Shown here: positions 30,137-40,570 of the stretch, piece by piece
Layout: the number at the start of each line of letters is the position of its first letter
Numbering within the stretch: the stretch's first letter is position 1
DNA from: Thermoanaerobaculia bacterium
GTDB taxonomy: Bacteria; Acidobacteriota; Thermoanaerobaculia; Multivoradales; Multivoraceae
Direction: 5' to 3'
Length of the DNA stretch: 64,000 bases
NCBI GenBank assembly: GCA_963664405.1
Contig: OY761158.1
Coordinates: 5,216,001 to 5,280,000, forward strand
Notes under the pieces: model-generated
Databases searched by the model: none
The model's input: the letters and a program-made list of their open reading frames with translations, nothing else
Told to the model about the DNA's origin: nothing
Position numbers and translations under genes: made by a program

Positions 30137-31222
30137 CTACTCGCACTGCGCCTTGTGGCGCAGGGCGTGATCGGCAAGAGTCAAGGCGATCATGGCTTCC
30201 GCCATGGGCACGAAGCGAGGCAAGAGGCATGGGTCGTGGCGTCCGCGAGTGCTGATGGTCGTGGGCTCTCCCGCTCGGGTGACGGTAGGCTGCTCGCGGG
30301 GCAGACTGCTGGTGGGCTTGACCGCGCAACGAAGCAGCAAGGGCATCCCGGAGGAGATGCCACCCAGCATGCCGCCGTGTCGGTTGGTCTCGGTGATTAT
30401 GCTTCCCTCGTGCGCGACGAAAGTGTCATTGGCCTCGGAGCCGCGGAGTGTTGCGACCGCGAAGCCGGCGCCATACTCGACTCCGACGACCGCGGGTAGG
30501 CTGAAGAGAGCTTTGCCCAGGTCTGCCTTGAGCTTGTCGAATACCGGTTCGCCCCAACCCGGCGGCACGCCAGTTGCGACGATCGCCGCGATCCCGCCGA
30601 CAGAGTCACGCTCCTCCCTCATGCGCTCGATGAGCTCGACCATGCGCGGGGCGATCTCCGGGTCGGGACAGCGGACGGGTGTGGCCTCTACCTCTTCGAG
30701 GCGGACGGTGGTCGGATCCTCCACGCGGGCGACGAGCTCGCCGATCTGGGCGACGTAGCCTACGATCTCGACCCCCCAGCGTTCGCGGAGGAGTTTCTTG
30801 GCCACCGCGCCGGCCGCTACTCTTACCGAGGTCTCTCGGGCACTCGAGCGCCCGCCGCCACGGTAGTCGCGGAATCCGTACTTGGCGTCGAAGGTGAGAT
30901 CGGCGTGCCCTGGCCGATATTTGTCCTTGATGTCGGAATAGTCACGAGGGCGCTGATCACGGTTGTGGATGACAATGGCGATGGTCGTGCCGGTGGTGCG
31001 GCCTTCGAAGACGCCGGAAAGAATCTCCGGCTCGTCGCCTTCATCGCGCTGGCTGGTGATGCTCGATTGGCCTGGGCGCCGGCGGTCCAGATCGGGTTGC
31101 AGATCGTGGGTGGAGAGCTCGATTCCCGGCGGCATGCCGTCGATAATGACGACGTAGCCAGGGCCATGGCTCTCGCCTGCGGTGGTGACCGTGAAAGCTT
31201 GGCCGAAGGAGTTGCCTGCCAT
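30137..31222 (-). CDS. aroC: Chorismate synthase
   Basis: MAGNSFG...GESHG, RPGHAD, GGRSSARET, GGISSG and GRHDPC signatures. Confidence 0.95.
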   Translation of the reverse strand: MAGNSFGQAFTVTTAGESHGPGYVVIIDGMPPGIELSTHDLQPDLDRRRPGQSSITSQRDEGDEPEILSGVFEGRTTGTTIAIVIHNRDQRPRDYSDIKDKYRPGHADLTFDAKYGFRDYRGGGRSSARETSVRVAAGAVAKKLLRERWGVEIVGYVAQIGELVARVEDPTTVRLEEVEATPVRCPDPEIAPRMVELIERMREERDSVGGIAAIVATGVPPGWGEPVFDKLKADLGKALFSLPAVVGVEYGAGFAVATLRGSEANDTFVAHEGSIITETNRHGGMLGGISSGMPLLLRCAVKPTSSLPREQPTVTRAGEPTTISTRGRHDPCLLPRFVPMAEAMIALTLADHALRHKAQCE

Positions 31223-31294
31223 AGGACGGATGTTAGCAGTGGCGGACACCGCTTTCGCGCTCGCCGAGCCTTCGGACTCTCGTACAATCGACCT

Positions 31295-32320
31295 GTGCTT
31301 CCCTCCAGACGTCTCTACCTCGGCGTGCTTCCAGTCTTGCTCGTGGTGCTCTTTGTGGCCGACGTGGCTACCGGTTCGGTGAACATCCCCCTCAGGGCCA
31401 CGGTGTCGATTCTGCTCGGCGAGGACGTGTCGCAGAAAGCGTGGGTGAGCATCGTGCGCAATCTGCGGCTGCCGCAGGCGGTGACAGCTGCTCTGTCCGG
31501 CGCCGCTCTGTCTGTGAGCGGCCTCATGATGCAGACCGTATTTCGTAACCCACTGGCTGGCCCCTTCGTTCTGGGTATCAGCTCGGGCGCGAGCCTGGGA
31601 GTGGCATTGGTGGTGCTGACCGGTGGCGCCGGAGTGCTGGCGGGTTGGGGAGGCAGTCTGGGGCATGCGGGAGCCGGAGTCTTGGGTGCAATGGCGGTGC
31701 TTGTGCTGGTGGTGTATGCGGCCCGGCGAGTGCCCACTCTCACACTTCTGATTCTGGGAGTTCTCTTCGGCTATGCGGTCTCGGCGCTGGTGAGCATTCT
31801 GCTTCGCTTCAGCTCGGCCGAGAGCATACAGAGCTATGTGATCTGGACACTCGGCGAGTTCAGCGGCGTAACCTGGTCGGAGCTCGGTGTGCTCACCCCG
31901 GTTATTGCGGTGGGTCTGCTGATGGCGGTGGTCGCGGTGAAGCCGCTGAATGCTCTGCTTCTCGGCGAGGCCTATGCGCGCTCAATGGGTGTCGCGGTGG
32001 AGCGTAGCCGGATCTGGCTGATCACGAGCACTGCATTGATGGCGGGTGTGGTGACGGCTTTCTGTGGTCCGATCGGTTTTCTCGGTATCGCCGTGCCGCA
32101 CCTCGGACGTGGCCTTCTACAGACCTCCGACCATCGGGTTCTGCTGCCTGGTATTGCACTCCTCGGGGCGAGTCTCGCCTTGATCGCGGACCTCCTGTCG
32201 CGACTTCCGGGGAGCTCCCTGGTCTTGCCTCTCAACGCGATCACGGCGCTTCTCGGGGCGCCGGTGGTGATCTGGGTCATCGTGCGCCGGCGCGGCCTGC
32301 GCGACTCCTTCACCGGATGA
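31295..32320 (+). CDS. FecCD/BtuC-type iron-chelate/cobalamin ABC permease
   Basis: LRLP, FRNPLAGPFVLGISSGA, LGE..A.SMG and GPIGFLGIAVPH. GTG start inferred. Confidence 0.88.
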   Translation: MLPSRRLYLGVLPVLLVVLFVADVATGSVNIPLRATVSILLGEDVSQKAWVSIVRNLRLPQAVTAALSGAALSVSGLMMQTVFRNPLAGPFVLGISSGASLGVALVVLTGGAGVLAGWGGSLGHAGAGVLGAMAVLVLVVYAARRVPTLTLLILGVLFGYAVSALVSILLRFSSAESIQSYVIWTLGEFSGVTWSELGVLTPVIAVGLLMAVVAVKPLNALLLGEAYARSMGVAVERSRIWLITSTALMAGVVTAFCGPIGFLGIAVPHLGRGLLQTSDHRVLLPGIALLGASLALIADLLSRLPGSSLVLPLNAITALLGAPVVIWVIVRRRGLRDSFTG

Positions 32321-33342
32321 GCTCTGTACTCGAGTGTCAGAACCTCTGCGTCGGCTATCAGCTCGGCAAGCGGGGAGATCGCCGTCTGCTCGAAGATCTG
32401 AGCTTGACTCTCGAGCCCGGAGAGCTCGTTTGCGTGCTCGGCGCCAACGGAGCGGGGAAGAGCACGCTTCTGCGGACCCTGGTGGGGATGCAGTCGCCGT
32501 TGGCAGGAAAGGTCCTCCTCGAAGGCGAAGAGCTTCGGAGGCTCCCAGCGGCGTCGATCGCGCGGCGGGTGAGTGTGGTCCTTACCGAGCCTGTGGAGGC
32601 GGGCGCCTTGATTGCCCGCGACCTGGTTGCCCTCGGGCGCTATCCCTACACCGACTGGCTCGGGCGGCTCACCCAAGAGGATCACGCTCGGGTGGACTGG
32701 GCGCTCGAGTCGGTGGGGGCTGGAGCACTAGCCCAGCGTCGTGTCGCCAACCTCAGTGACGGCGAGCGTCAGCGTGTGCTGATCGCGAGAGCGCTTGCTC
32801 AGGAGCCATTGCTGATGGTTCTCGACGAGCCGACAGCCTTCTTGGATCTGCCTAGCCGCATCGAGACCCTTGGGCTCCTCTGGGAGCTGGCGCGTGGCTC
32901 TGGTGTCGCGGTGCTTCTCGCCACTCATCATCTCGATCTCGCTCTGGACCATGCCGATCGGGTCTGGCTGCTGTCGCGTGGCGGGGGAGTTGTGTCCGCG
33001 GCTCCCGAGGACGCGGTTTTGTGCGGCGATTTGGAGAGAACCTTCGGAGCTGCGGGCCTGCGTTTCGATCAGGAGGAAGGCAGCTTCCGGCTCGAGGAGC
33101 GTGCGGAAGTGGGTCCGCGAGTGGGCGTTGAGGGCAACGGAGTAGCGCGGATCTGGACCGAGCGCGCTCTTGCGCGGGAGCGACTTTCGGTGGGCCCGCC
33201 CGCCGACGGTGACTTCGCGCGGCTGCGCATTGTCAGTGCCGGTGGGCAGAGGACCTGGGAGCTGGAAACGGAAAGCGAGAGGGTGACCTGCGGCTCGATA
33301 TACGAGGTCCTTGAACGACTTCGAGTCGGCCTCGGGAAGTGA
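32317..33342 (+). CDS. ABC transporter ATP-binding protein (FepC/BtuD-like)
   Basis: GANGAGKST, LSDGERQR and LDEPTAFLD; translationally coupled (ATGA overlap). Confidence 0.9.
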   Translation: MSSVLECQNLCVGYQLGKRGDRRLLEDLSLTLEPGELVCVLGANGAGKSTLLRTLVGMQSPLAGKVLLEGEELRRLPAASIARRVSVVLTEPVEAGALIARDLVALGRYPYTDWLGRLTQEDHARVDWALESVGAGALAQRRVANLSDGERQRVLIARALAQEPLLMVLDEPTAFLDLPSRIETLGLLWELARGSGVAVLLATHHLDLALDHADRVWLLSRGGGVVSAAPEDAVLCGDLERTFGAAGLRFDQEEGSFRLEERAEVGPRVGVEGNGVARIWTERALARERLSVGPPADGDFARLRIVSAGGQRTWELETESERVTCGSIYEVLERLRVGLGK

Positions 33343-33361
33343 TCGCGATGATTCTCCGAGG

Positions 33362-33883
33362 CTACTCTCTGAGTTTGGCGTAAAGGAGCTCATCCATGAG
33401 CTCACCGTTCTTGAGAACGCCGCCTCGCTTTGTGCCTTCGTAGTGAAAGCCCGCCTTCTCGAGGACGCGGGCGGAGCCGACGTTCGGGGAGAAAACGCCG
33501 GCATGAACCCGAATGAGGTCGAGGTCTCTGAATGCGTACTCACACATTCGTGAGACGGCGGCCGTAGCGACGCCGAGGCCCCAATACTCCTTTCCCAGCC
33601 AGTAGCCGAGCTCAGCCGAGTGTCGGTAGACATCTTTTTCGGCCTCCAAGCCAATGCCGCCGATAGCGTCGTCGCCGTAGGCGATGGCGAAATTTCGGCG
33701 TGGCTTCTCGGCCAGGCTGCGGCGGATCCACAGCGTGGCGTCGTCTCCTGTGTAGGGGCTCGGAAAGCGCTCTCTGAGCCAGCGCGCGACGCTAGGGTCG
33801 TTGGCGTGACGCACCAGCGAGAGGCGATCGCCGATGCGAAAGTCGCGCAGGCGGTAGCCTTCGGCGACAAGAGGTAGGTCCAT
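33362..33883 (-). CDS. GNAT acetyltransferase (RimJ/RimL-like)
   Basis: ELGYWLG..YWG.G and N..S.RVLEKAGF..EG. Confidence 0.88.
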   Translation of the reverse strand: MDLPLVAEGYRLRDFRIGDRLSLVRHANDPSVARWLRERFPSPYTGDDATLWIRRSLAEKPRRNFAIAYGDDAIGGIGLEAEKDVYRHSAELGYWLGKEYWGLGVATAAVSRMCEYAFRDLDLIRVHAGVFSPNVGSARVLEKAGFHYEGTKRGGVLKNGELMDELLYAKLRE

Positions 33884-33922
33884 GGGCGTTCGGCTTCGAG
33901 CCCCGAGTCCCTTAGGCGAGAC

Positions 33923-34630
33923 TCAGCTCAGCAACCAGCCGCCATCGACATCGATGGTGGTGCCGGTGACGAAGTCGTTCTTGATCAAGAAGAGAATGCC
34001 CGCCGCGACCTCCTCGGGCAGACCCGGTCGCGGTATGAGGTGTTTGCTGGTAGCCCCGCCAAGCATGGTCGCTCGACGCTCGCGATCGGGCCCGAACATC
34101 GGCGTATTGATGACGCCCGGCGAGACCACATTCAGCCGCCGCGGCCCTATCTCGGGAGCAACCGCCCTGACAAATTGCTCGACCGCGCCACCCACCGAAG
34201 CAATGGCCGACTGGCCGGGCTTTGCACGGCGGGCGGGCGCTCCGCTGACAAGCACGATGGTTCCGTCTTCCGCCATATGGTGTGTGCCGAGGCGGACCGT
34301 GTTGGTGTAGCCCCAGAGCTTGTCGAAGGCGCCTTGATAGCCGTCCAGATCCATCTCGAGGAAGGGGCCGCTTGGCCGCTTGCCGCCGGTCGCCGCGTTG
34401 ACCAGAATGTCGAAGGGGGCGTGCTCGGCGAAGAGGCTCTCCAGCGCATCGCGATCACGGACGTCGCAAGCCGCGAGACTGATGCCGCCGCCGGCGGCCT
34501 CGCTGGCCCGATCCGGGTCGCGACTGATCGCCACGATCGTCGCCCCTTCGGCCACCAGGGCTTGGGCCGTTGCCAGCCCGATGCCGGAGGTGCCGCCAAA
34601 AACAAGTGCCTTCTTTCCTGCGATGTCCAT
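33923..34630 (-). CDS. Short-chain dehydrogenase/reductase
   Basis: GGTSGIG, NVVSPG and TG..IDVDGG. Confidence 0.88.
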   Translation of the reverse strand: MDIAGKKALVFGGTSGIGLATAQALVAEGATIVAISRDPDRASEAAGGGISLAACDVRDRDALESLFAEHAPFDILVNAATGGKRPSGPFLEMDLDGYQGAFDKLWGYTNTVRLGTHHMAEDGTIVLVSGAPARRAKPGQSAIASVGGAVEQFVRAVAPEIGPRRLNVVSPGVINTPMFGPDRERRATMLGGATSKHLIPRPGLPEEVAAGILFLIKNDFVTGTTIDVDGGWLLS

Positions 34631-34648
34631 TGAGATTACCCTTACTTT

Positions 34649-35278
34649 CTAGTGGTTGTCTGAGAGCGGTTTTGGCGAAGGTTGGCGCATCGGTAGGTGG
34701 CCGGGTAGGGCCGAGATCCTCTCGATCCAGGCGCGGATCGCCGGAAAACCTTCGAGCTCGAAGTCTCCTTCCGGCGCGACGTGAGTGTACGCGAAGAGAG
34801 CGATGTCGGCGATGGTGAATCGGTCGGCGACGAGGAATGGGTGGTTTTCGAGCGTTTGTTCCATCACCCTCAAAGCACGATAGCCCGGCTCTCGACGCTC
34901 GGCGAGCTTTTCGGCGTACTCGTCTCTGGCGTCGAGGTAGTGGATCCAGAAGCGCGAGGTGGCGATGAAAGGCTCGTGGCTGTACTGCTCGAAGAACAGC
35001 CATTGGAGCGCGCGCGCCCGATTCAAGGGCTGCTCCGGCAAGTAGGCTGTTCCTTCGCTGAGGTAGTAGAGGATGGCGTTGGACTCAGCGAGGTGGGAGC
35101 CGTCATCGAGCTCGAGAACAGGGATTTTGCCGTTGGGGTTCTTGGCGAGGAAGTCCTCGCTTCTCGATTCACCGGCAAGGATGTCGATATCGACCCACTG
35201 GTAAGGGCGGCCGAGGTGGGCGAGAAGAAGCTTGATCTTGTAGCAGTTGCCGGACTCGCTGTCACCGTAGAGCTTCAC
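34649..35278 (-). CDS. Glutathione S-transferase family protein
   Basis: SGNCYK, NPNGKIPVL, ESNAI and TIADIAL. Confidence 0.9.
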   Translation of the reverse strand: MKLYGDSESGNCYKIKLLLAHLGRPYQWVDIDILAGESRSEDFLAKNPNGKIPVLELDDGSHLAESNAILYYLSEGTAYLPEQPLNRARALQWLFFEQYSHEPFIATSRFWIHYLDARDEYAEKLAERREPGYRALRVMEQTLENHPFLVADRFTIADIALFAYTHVAPEGDFELEGFPAIRAWIERISALPGHLPMRQPSPKPLSDNH

Positions 35279-35418
35279 GGATCCGAGTTTAGAGGATCGA
35301 GGAGAGAAGTTCCGCGGATCGGTGGACCCGTTATCCGGGGCTCATGGGGTAGCCTAGGAACGCGAGTGGGAGCGACTCGGACTCGAGAGATGAACCCTCT
35401 TAGGATCGGCCAGCGGCG

Positions 35419-36561
35419 ATGAAGCTTGCGACACTCTTCGTGCTGGCGCTGGTTCTGTCCGCGGTGGCACTGGATCGGTATCCGCATCCGTGGGCCTGGA
35501 TCCTGCCGACATTCTCCGTGGTGCTTGCGCTGTCGGCGTGGCAGAGCCGCGGAAGGGTGCGCTTTGTGTTTCTCAATCTGGCTGCCGTTGTTGCTACTTT
35601 GGCAGCGGTCGAGCTTGCGTGGCAGCTCCCTTCACTCGGTGGCCAGAGCCCGGGGCGCGCCGGTAGCACACGGTCCGGCCCCTATTATCGGACTCTGCCC
35701 GTGTTGGGTTACGCCGGCGCCAAAGGAGCCTCTGTGTCGGAGACCGCGACTTTCGAAGAGGAGAAGATTTACGACGTCGTTTACACGACCGATGAGAACG
35801 GGTTGCGCATCTCAGCGCCGAGGAGCGGTCGTGAGGAGGCTTCGGTCCTCTTTTTCGGGTGCTCGTTCACTTTCGGCTGGGGGGTCCAGGACCAGGAGAC
35901 GCTGCCCTATCGGACGGGGGTCCTGAGCGCTGGGCGTTACGCGGTGAGCAATTTCGGGGTCATCGGCTACGGCCCTCATCACGCGCTGGCGACGATCGAG
36001 CAGGGCCTGGTGGAGGCTGCTGTCGAGGTGCGTCCTCGCTACGCTGTCTACTCCCTGATCGGTGACCACATATTGCGTGTCATGGGATGGGGACCTTGGA
36101 ACAATGTCAGCCCTCGCTACGCATTGAGTGACGCGGGAGGAGTCGTCTATCAGGGCCCCTTCGAAAGCACTCCGCCACCGGCCCCGAGAAACTTCGTCGA
36201 GGGTGTTACGAGACAGTTGGCGAGGTCAGCGGTGGTGAGCCGTGTTGCGCCGACTCTTGGCCAGCAACTGGAGATCGACCTGCTCGTCGAGATTCTCGCC
36301 CAGGCGGGTAGGCGCCTGGAAGAGCTTTACCCCGGTCTCGAGTTTCACGTGCTGGTTTGGGACCCTAACGATCGTCGAATCAATAGGGCCTCTCGCGCAC
36401 TCCGAGCTCGCGGTCTTCGGGTCCACCTGGTTTCGGAGGCGCTTCCAGGCTACGCCAAGGATGCCGACCGGTTCCACATTCCTCACGATGGCCACCCGAC
36501 AGCCCGCGCCTATGACGGCTTGGCGCGTTACCTGACGGCCGAGGTTCTGACCGATCGCTAG
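35419..36561 (+). CDS. Membrane-anchored SGNH/GDSL-like hydrolase
   Basis: N-terminal TM helices, FGCSFTFG, NFGVIGYG and DGHP. Confidence 0.7.
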   Translation: MKLATLFVLALVLSAVALDRYPHPWAWILPTFSVVLALSAWQSRGRVRFVFLNLAAVVATLAAVELAWQLPSLGGQSPGRAGSTRSGPYYRTLPVLGYAGAKGASVSETATFEEEKIYDVVYTTDENGLRISAPRSGREEASVLFFGCSFTFGWGVQDQETLPYRTGVLSAGRYAVSNFGVIGYGPHHALATIEQGLVEAAVEVRPRYAVYSLIGDHILRVMGWGPWNNVSPRYALSDAGGVVYQGPFESTPPPAPRNFVEGVTRQLARSAVVSRVAPTLGQQLEIDLLVEILAQAGRRLEELYPGLEFHVLVWDPNDRRINRASRALRARGLRVHLVSEALPGYAKDADRFHIPHDGHPTARAYDGLARYLTAEVLTDR

Positions 36562-36657
36562 GTGGCTGCCGGCCGCCGTCCGATGGTAGAAAGGGGACAA
36601 CAGAGCGTCGATCCTACAAATTCGTGTCATCGCAACGAGGGAAGAAGGGAGCGAAGG

Positions 36658-38310
36658 ATGAGCGTAGAGAGAGCGCGCCGCAAATATTGGGGATGGGGTT
36701 TTGTCGGTCAAGGCCTCACCGAGCCGGAGTGCGAGGCGCTGCGTCGGCGAGTCGCGCAACAGTACGCCGTTGACGAGCTGACGGGGCCCTCGGTACCGAA
36801 GGTCGAGGAGATCGAGCTTGCAGCGCCTCGCCTGCAGGCGCCAGGCAGCTTGGGAGAGATCTGTACTACCGATCCTTGGGAGCGTCTCGTGCACAGCTAC
36901 GGTCGCTCGTTTCCTGACTCTGTGCGAGTGTTTCGGCGCTCGTTTCCGAATCCTCCAGATGTGGTGGCCTTTCCGGAGACCGAGGAAGAAGTTGTCGATG
37001 TCTTGGACTGGGCCGACGGTGCGGGCGCGGCGGCGATTCCCTTTGGCGCCGGTTCCAGTGTTGTCGGGGGGGTAGAGCCGGCGGTCGGGTCGAGTTACAG
37101 CGGGGCCATCTCGATCGATCTCAGCCGTCTCAACAAGATCCTCGAGGTCGACAAGATTAGCCGTGCGGCGAGGATCCAGGCGGGAGCGCGGGGGCCCGAG
37201 CTCGAGGCGCAGCTCAAACCGCACGGCTATACCCTGCGCCACTTCCCGCAGAGCTTCGAGCATTCGACGCTGGGTGGCTGGATCGCAACTCGATCGGGAG
37301 GACACTTTGCAACTCTCTACACTCACATCGACGACTTCGTCGAGTCCACTCGCACGGTCACTCCACGGGGCATTCTAGAGTCCCGTCGGCTCCCCGGCTC
37401 GGGGGCCGGCCCCAGCCCCGATCGCATGATTCTCGGCTCTGAAGGCATCCTCGGCATCATCACCGAGGCCTGGATGCGAGTCCAGGACCGGCCGTCACAC
37501 CGAGAGTCCCGAGCTGTCCTCTTTCCTACGATGGCGGCTGGTGCGGAGGCGGTCCGAGCTCTGTCGCAGGCCGGTCTCTATCCTTCCAATTGCCGACTCA
37601 TCGATGCGCAGGAGACGGCCAGCGCCGGGGCGGGGGAGGGCGAACAGGCGTTGCTTGTATTGGGCTTCGAATCCGCGGACCACCCGGTGGGTACCTGGAT
37701 GGCGCGGACGCTGGAGTTAGCGGGCGATCACGGCGGCAATTGGGAGGAGCCGGGAGACGCAGTGGCTTCTCATCGTAGTGGTGCGGTCGGGGCCTGGCGG
37801 GAGGCCTTCATTCGCGCACCTTTTTCTCGCGAAGTGACAGTGCCGTGGGGGGTGATTGGCGAGACTTTCGAGACAGCGATCACCTGGGACCGTTTCGAGA
37901 GCTTCCACGACACCTTGAAGGAGCGCGTAGCGGGTGTGATTGAGGAGGTCACCGGGCGCCCAGGTCGTGTTACCTGCCGCTTTACCCATGCCTACCCCGA
38001 CGGTCCGGCGCCGTACTTCAGTTACCAGGGGCTCGGGACCTTCGACGGTGCGCTGGAGCAATGGCGTGAGATCAAGGCTGCCGCAAACGAGGTCGTCGTG
38101 CAGGAGGGAGGAACGATTACTCACCATCACGCGGTAGGTCGCGACCACCGGCCGGCGGGCTACGATCGACAGTCCCCGGCCCTCTTTCGGGAGGCGTTGA
38201 GGGCGGCGAAAAAGGCGCTTGACCCCAATGGGATCCTGAACCCGGGGGTGTTGATCGATCCGGATGGGCGAGAAGTCGGCGTAACCGGGGCGATGGACGA
38301 GCGTGAGTAG
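36658..38310 (+). CDS. FAD-binding oxidoreductase (alkyl-DHAP synthase-like)
   Basis: GAGSSVVGG, HFPQSFEHSTLGGWIATRSGG, THHHAVG and ILNPG. Confidence 0.88.
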   Translation: MSVERARRKYWGWGFVGQGLTEPECEALRRRVAQQYAVDELTGPSVPKVEEIELAAPRLQAPGSLGEICTTDPWERLVHSYGRSFPDSVRVFRRSFPNPPDVVAFPETEEEVVDVLDWADGAGAAAIPFGAGSSVVGGVEPAVGSSYSGAISIDLSRLNKILEVDKISRAARIQAGARGPELEAQLKPHGYTLRHFPQSFEHSTLGGWIATRSGGHFATLYTHIDDFVESTRTVTPRGILESRRLPGSGAGPSPDRMILGSEGILGIITEAWMRVQDRPSHRESRAVLFPTMAAGAEAVRALSQAGLYPSNCRLIDAQETASAGAGEGEQALLVLGFESADHPVGTWMARTLELAGDHGGNWEEPGDAVASHRSGAVGAWREAFIRAPFSREVTVPWGVIGETFETAITWDRFESFHDTLKERVAGVIEEVTGRPGRVTCRFTHAYPDGPAPYFSYQGLGTFDGALEQWREIKAAANEVVVQEGGTITHHHAVGRDHRPAGYDRQSPALFREALRAAKKALDPNGILNPGVLIDPDGREVGVTGAMDERE

Positions 38311-39679
38311 AGTCTTGGCCAGGCGGGCGGTCGTGGTTGGAACGATTGCGCTGGCTGTGACGGTTCCGTCTCTCGGGGCGGAGAGTCTGCGCGGCTATCT
38401 AGTGGTGCAGGGGGACCGAGTCCTCGCAGCCGAGAATCCAGACCTTCTCTTTACACCGGCATCGGTGTTGAAGCTGGTGGTGGCATCTGCGGCGTTGCAT
38501 CACTTGGGAGCGGACTACTCGGTGAGGACCGAGGTGCGGGTGCAAGCGCCGATTGTCGATGGTGTGCTTCGAGGCGACCTCGTCTTGCTGGCGGCAGGAG
38601 ACCCGAGTTGGAGCGAGGAGTTCTTCGAAGAGGGTGCCGAGACCCCGATCTCGAGATTGGCCGAACAGGTCGCGGGCGAGGTCGAAGTCATCGAGGGTGA
38701 CCTGGTCGTGGATCTGCACCGGTTTCCGGGGAGGCGCCATGCGCCGAGCAGACCTCAGATTGAGTTGGGTGTGGGCTTTGCGGCCCCGACCGCGGGGCTG
38801 GCGCTCGAGGCCAATGCTTTTGAGGTGCGTATCGCCCCCGGTTCCAGGGTCGGAGCGCCGGGAGTGGTGTCTACCGGCGCGGCGGTGGAGTTGGTCAACG
38901 AGATTTTGACCGTTGGCTCGTCTCGCGACGGCAAGGGGAACGTGGACTTCCTTCCGGAGTGGGGATCGCCGAGGGTGCGCGTCAAGGGCGAGTATCCGAT
39001 CAGCGAGGGGAGCTATCGAGTGGTCACGAGCCACCCGGCGCCGGAGCTCCATGTCGGCGAGCGCCTTCGCCATCATCTCGTGGAGGCCGGTGTCGAAGTG
39101 CGCGGAGTGGTTCGCGTTAGCTCGGAAGCGCAGGCGGGGCGGCGTGTACTGGCGCACTTCAATTCACCTTCTCTAGCCAAGATACTCGTGCCGGTTCTCG
39201 AAGACAGTGCCAACTGGGTCGCGGAGATGGTGCTGCAGGTGTTGGCGCTGGAGGTTCTGGGTGAGGGGAGGCTAGACGACGGAGTCGAGTTGCTCGAGAG
39301 CTTCTTGTTGGAGGAGGTTGTACTCCCCGTGGGAAGCTTCGCGCTCGAAGATGCGTCGGGTCTTTCTCCCTACAATCTGATCGCGCCGCGGGCGGTGGTC
39401 GGTCTTCTTCGTTTCGCCTCGAGGCAGACGTGGCGGGGCGCTCTTTTCGATTCGCTTCCGTCATCGGGAGAGGGGACCTTGTCGATGTGGCCTCGGCTCG
39501 CTGTCCGGCAGGCGAAGACAGGCACGATCACTCATACCCTGGCACTGGCGGGAGTCTTAGGAGACGGCGACGAGGAGCCGGCCTTCTTCGCGGTCTTTCT
39601 CAACCACGACCTTCGAGAGCGACCGGAGCAGCGGGCTGAGATCGCGAAATTGTTGAGTGAGTGGAAGTTAGAGATGTAG
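38303..39679 (+). CDS. dacB: D-alanyl-D-alanine carboxypeptidase/endopeptidase (PBP4, peptidase S13)
   Basis: SxxK (ASVLK), SxN (SAN), DASGLS and KTG motifs; signal peptide. Confidence 0.85.
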   Translation: MSRVLARRAVVVGTIALAVTVPSLGAESLRGYLVVQGDRVLAAENPDLLFTPASVLKLVVASAALHHLGADYSVRTEVRVQAPIVDGVLRGDLVLLAAGDPSWSEEFFEEGAETPISRLAEQVAGEVEVIEGDLVVDLHRFPGRRHAPSRPQIELGVGFAAPTAGLALEANAFEVRIAPGSRVGAPGVVSTGAAVELVNEILTVGSSRDGKGNVDFLPEWGSPRVRVKGEYPISEGSYRVVTSHPAPELHVGERLRHHLVEAGVEVRGVVRVSSEAQAGRRVLAHFNSPSLAKILVPVLEDSANWVAEMVLQVLALEVLGEGRLDDGVELLESFLLEEVVLPVGSFALEDASGLSPYNLIAPRAVVGLLRFASRQTWRGALFDSLPSSGEGTLSMWPRLAVRQAKTGTITHTLALAGVLGDGDEEPAFFAVFLNHDLRERPEQRAEIAKLLSEWKLEM

Positions 39680-39688
39680 GGTGTCTCG

Positions 39689-40408
39689 ATGGCGATGGAG
39701 ATAGCGAGAGCTTCTACACCGCTGGTAGCTCGCAATTTGGGAGAGTTGATGGCTCAGGGCTTCACGATCTCACCTCCGTTGCTGTTCGAGACCGAGCTTT
39801 CCCCTCTCCGAGAGGTCGTAGATGGGATGCAGTTGAACAGTAAGACGCGCGGCGGCGTACGGAATCTCCTGCGGAGTAGTCGGGTGCTGGCTCGAGCGGT
39901 CGAGGAGGGGCCGATAGCAAAATTTGCCCGCTCACTGGCGGGCGCCGGAGCTCGTGCTACCAAGCTCACTCTGTTCAACAAGTCACGGCAGGCGAACTGG
40001 ACAATCCGATGGCATCAGGATGCCATGATCGCCGTAGCGTAGCGGCGGGAGGCGCGGGGTTTTCGTGGTTGGTCGGAGAAAGAAGGCGTCGTGCACGTTC
40101 GACCGCCAGCGCATGTTCTCGAGTCCATTGTCGCGCTCAGGGTTCACCTAGACGATACCCCAGCGTTGAATGGTCCCCTTCGGGTGCTGCCGGGCACGCA
40201 TGTTATGGGGTTGCTCGACCGCGAGCAGATCGAGAGCTGTCGGAGGGAGCATAGGGAGGTCGTGTGCGAAGTGGCGGCGGGCGGTGTAATGGCGATGAAG
40301 CCTCTGCTGCTGCACGCCTCGTCGAAAGCCGCAGTCGCGGCGAGCCGTCGCGTGCTCCATGTCGAGTACAGTGCCACTGATCTTCCGAATGGTCTGAAGT
40401 GGGCGTAG
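39689..40408 (+). pseudogene. Phytanoyl-CoA dioxygenase family gene with in-frame TAG
   Basis: LFNKS..ANW..WHQD..IAVA-TAG(40040-40042)-RREARGF.GWS.KEG..HV...HLDD...NGPLRVLPGTH...LLHAS...RRVLHVEY, all in one frame. Confidence 0.8.
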
Positions 40409-40444
40409 ACGGCACGACGTTCGGGGTGCGCGCTGCCATACCCG

Positions 40445-40468
40445 GTTGTTGTTGTTGTTGTTGTTGTT
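40445..40468 (+). repeat. (GTT)8 microsatellite
   Basis: Directly visible; abuts the left inverted repeat of the transposase element. Confidence 0.95.
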
Positions 40469-40570
40469 AGGTGCCACCCACTTAGTTGTTGGAGGCCTCC
40501 GACCCCTGTGCGCGGCGTTGGAATCGGCCTCTTGCAAGGCTCCCAGCGAAGACTACGTCCTCTAAGGCTA

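Noticed and set aside
31223-31294. Cobalamin riboswitch before the BtuC/FecCD-like permease
   Set aside because: The gap is only 72 bp and holds divergent promoter-like hexamers; no B12-box is visible.
40040-40042. In-frame TAG as pyrrolysine or amber read-through
   Set aside because: Not a methylamine methyltransferase and no pyl genes in view. TAG is a common stop in this window, so a GAG/CAG-to-TAG change or an error is simpler.
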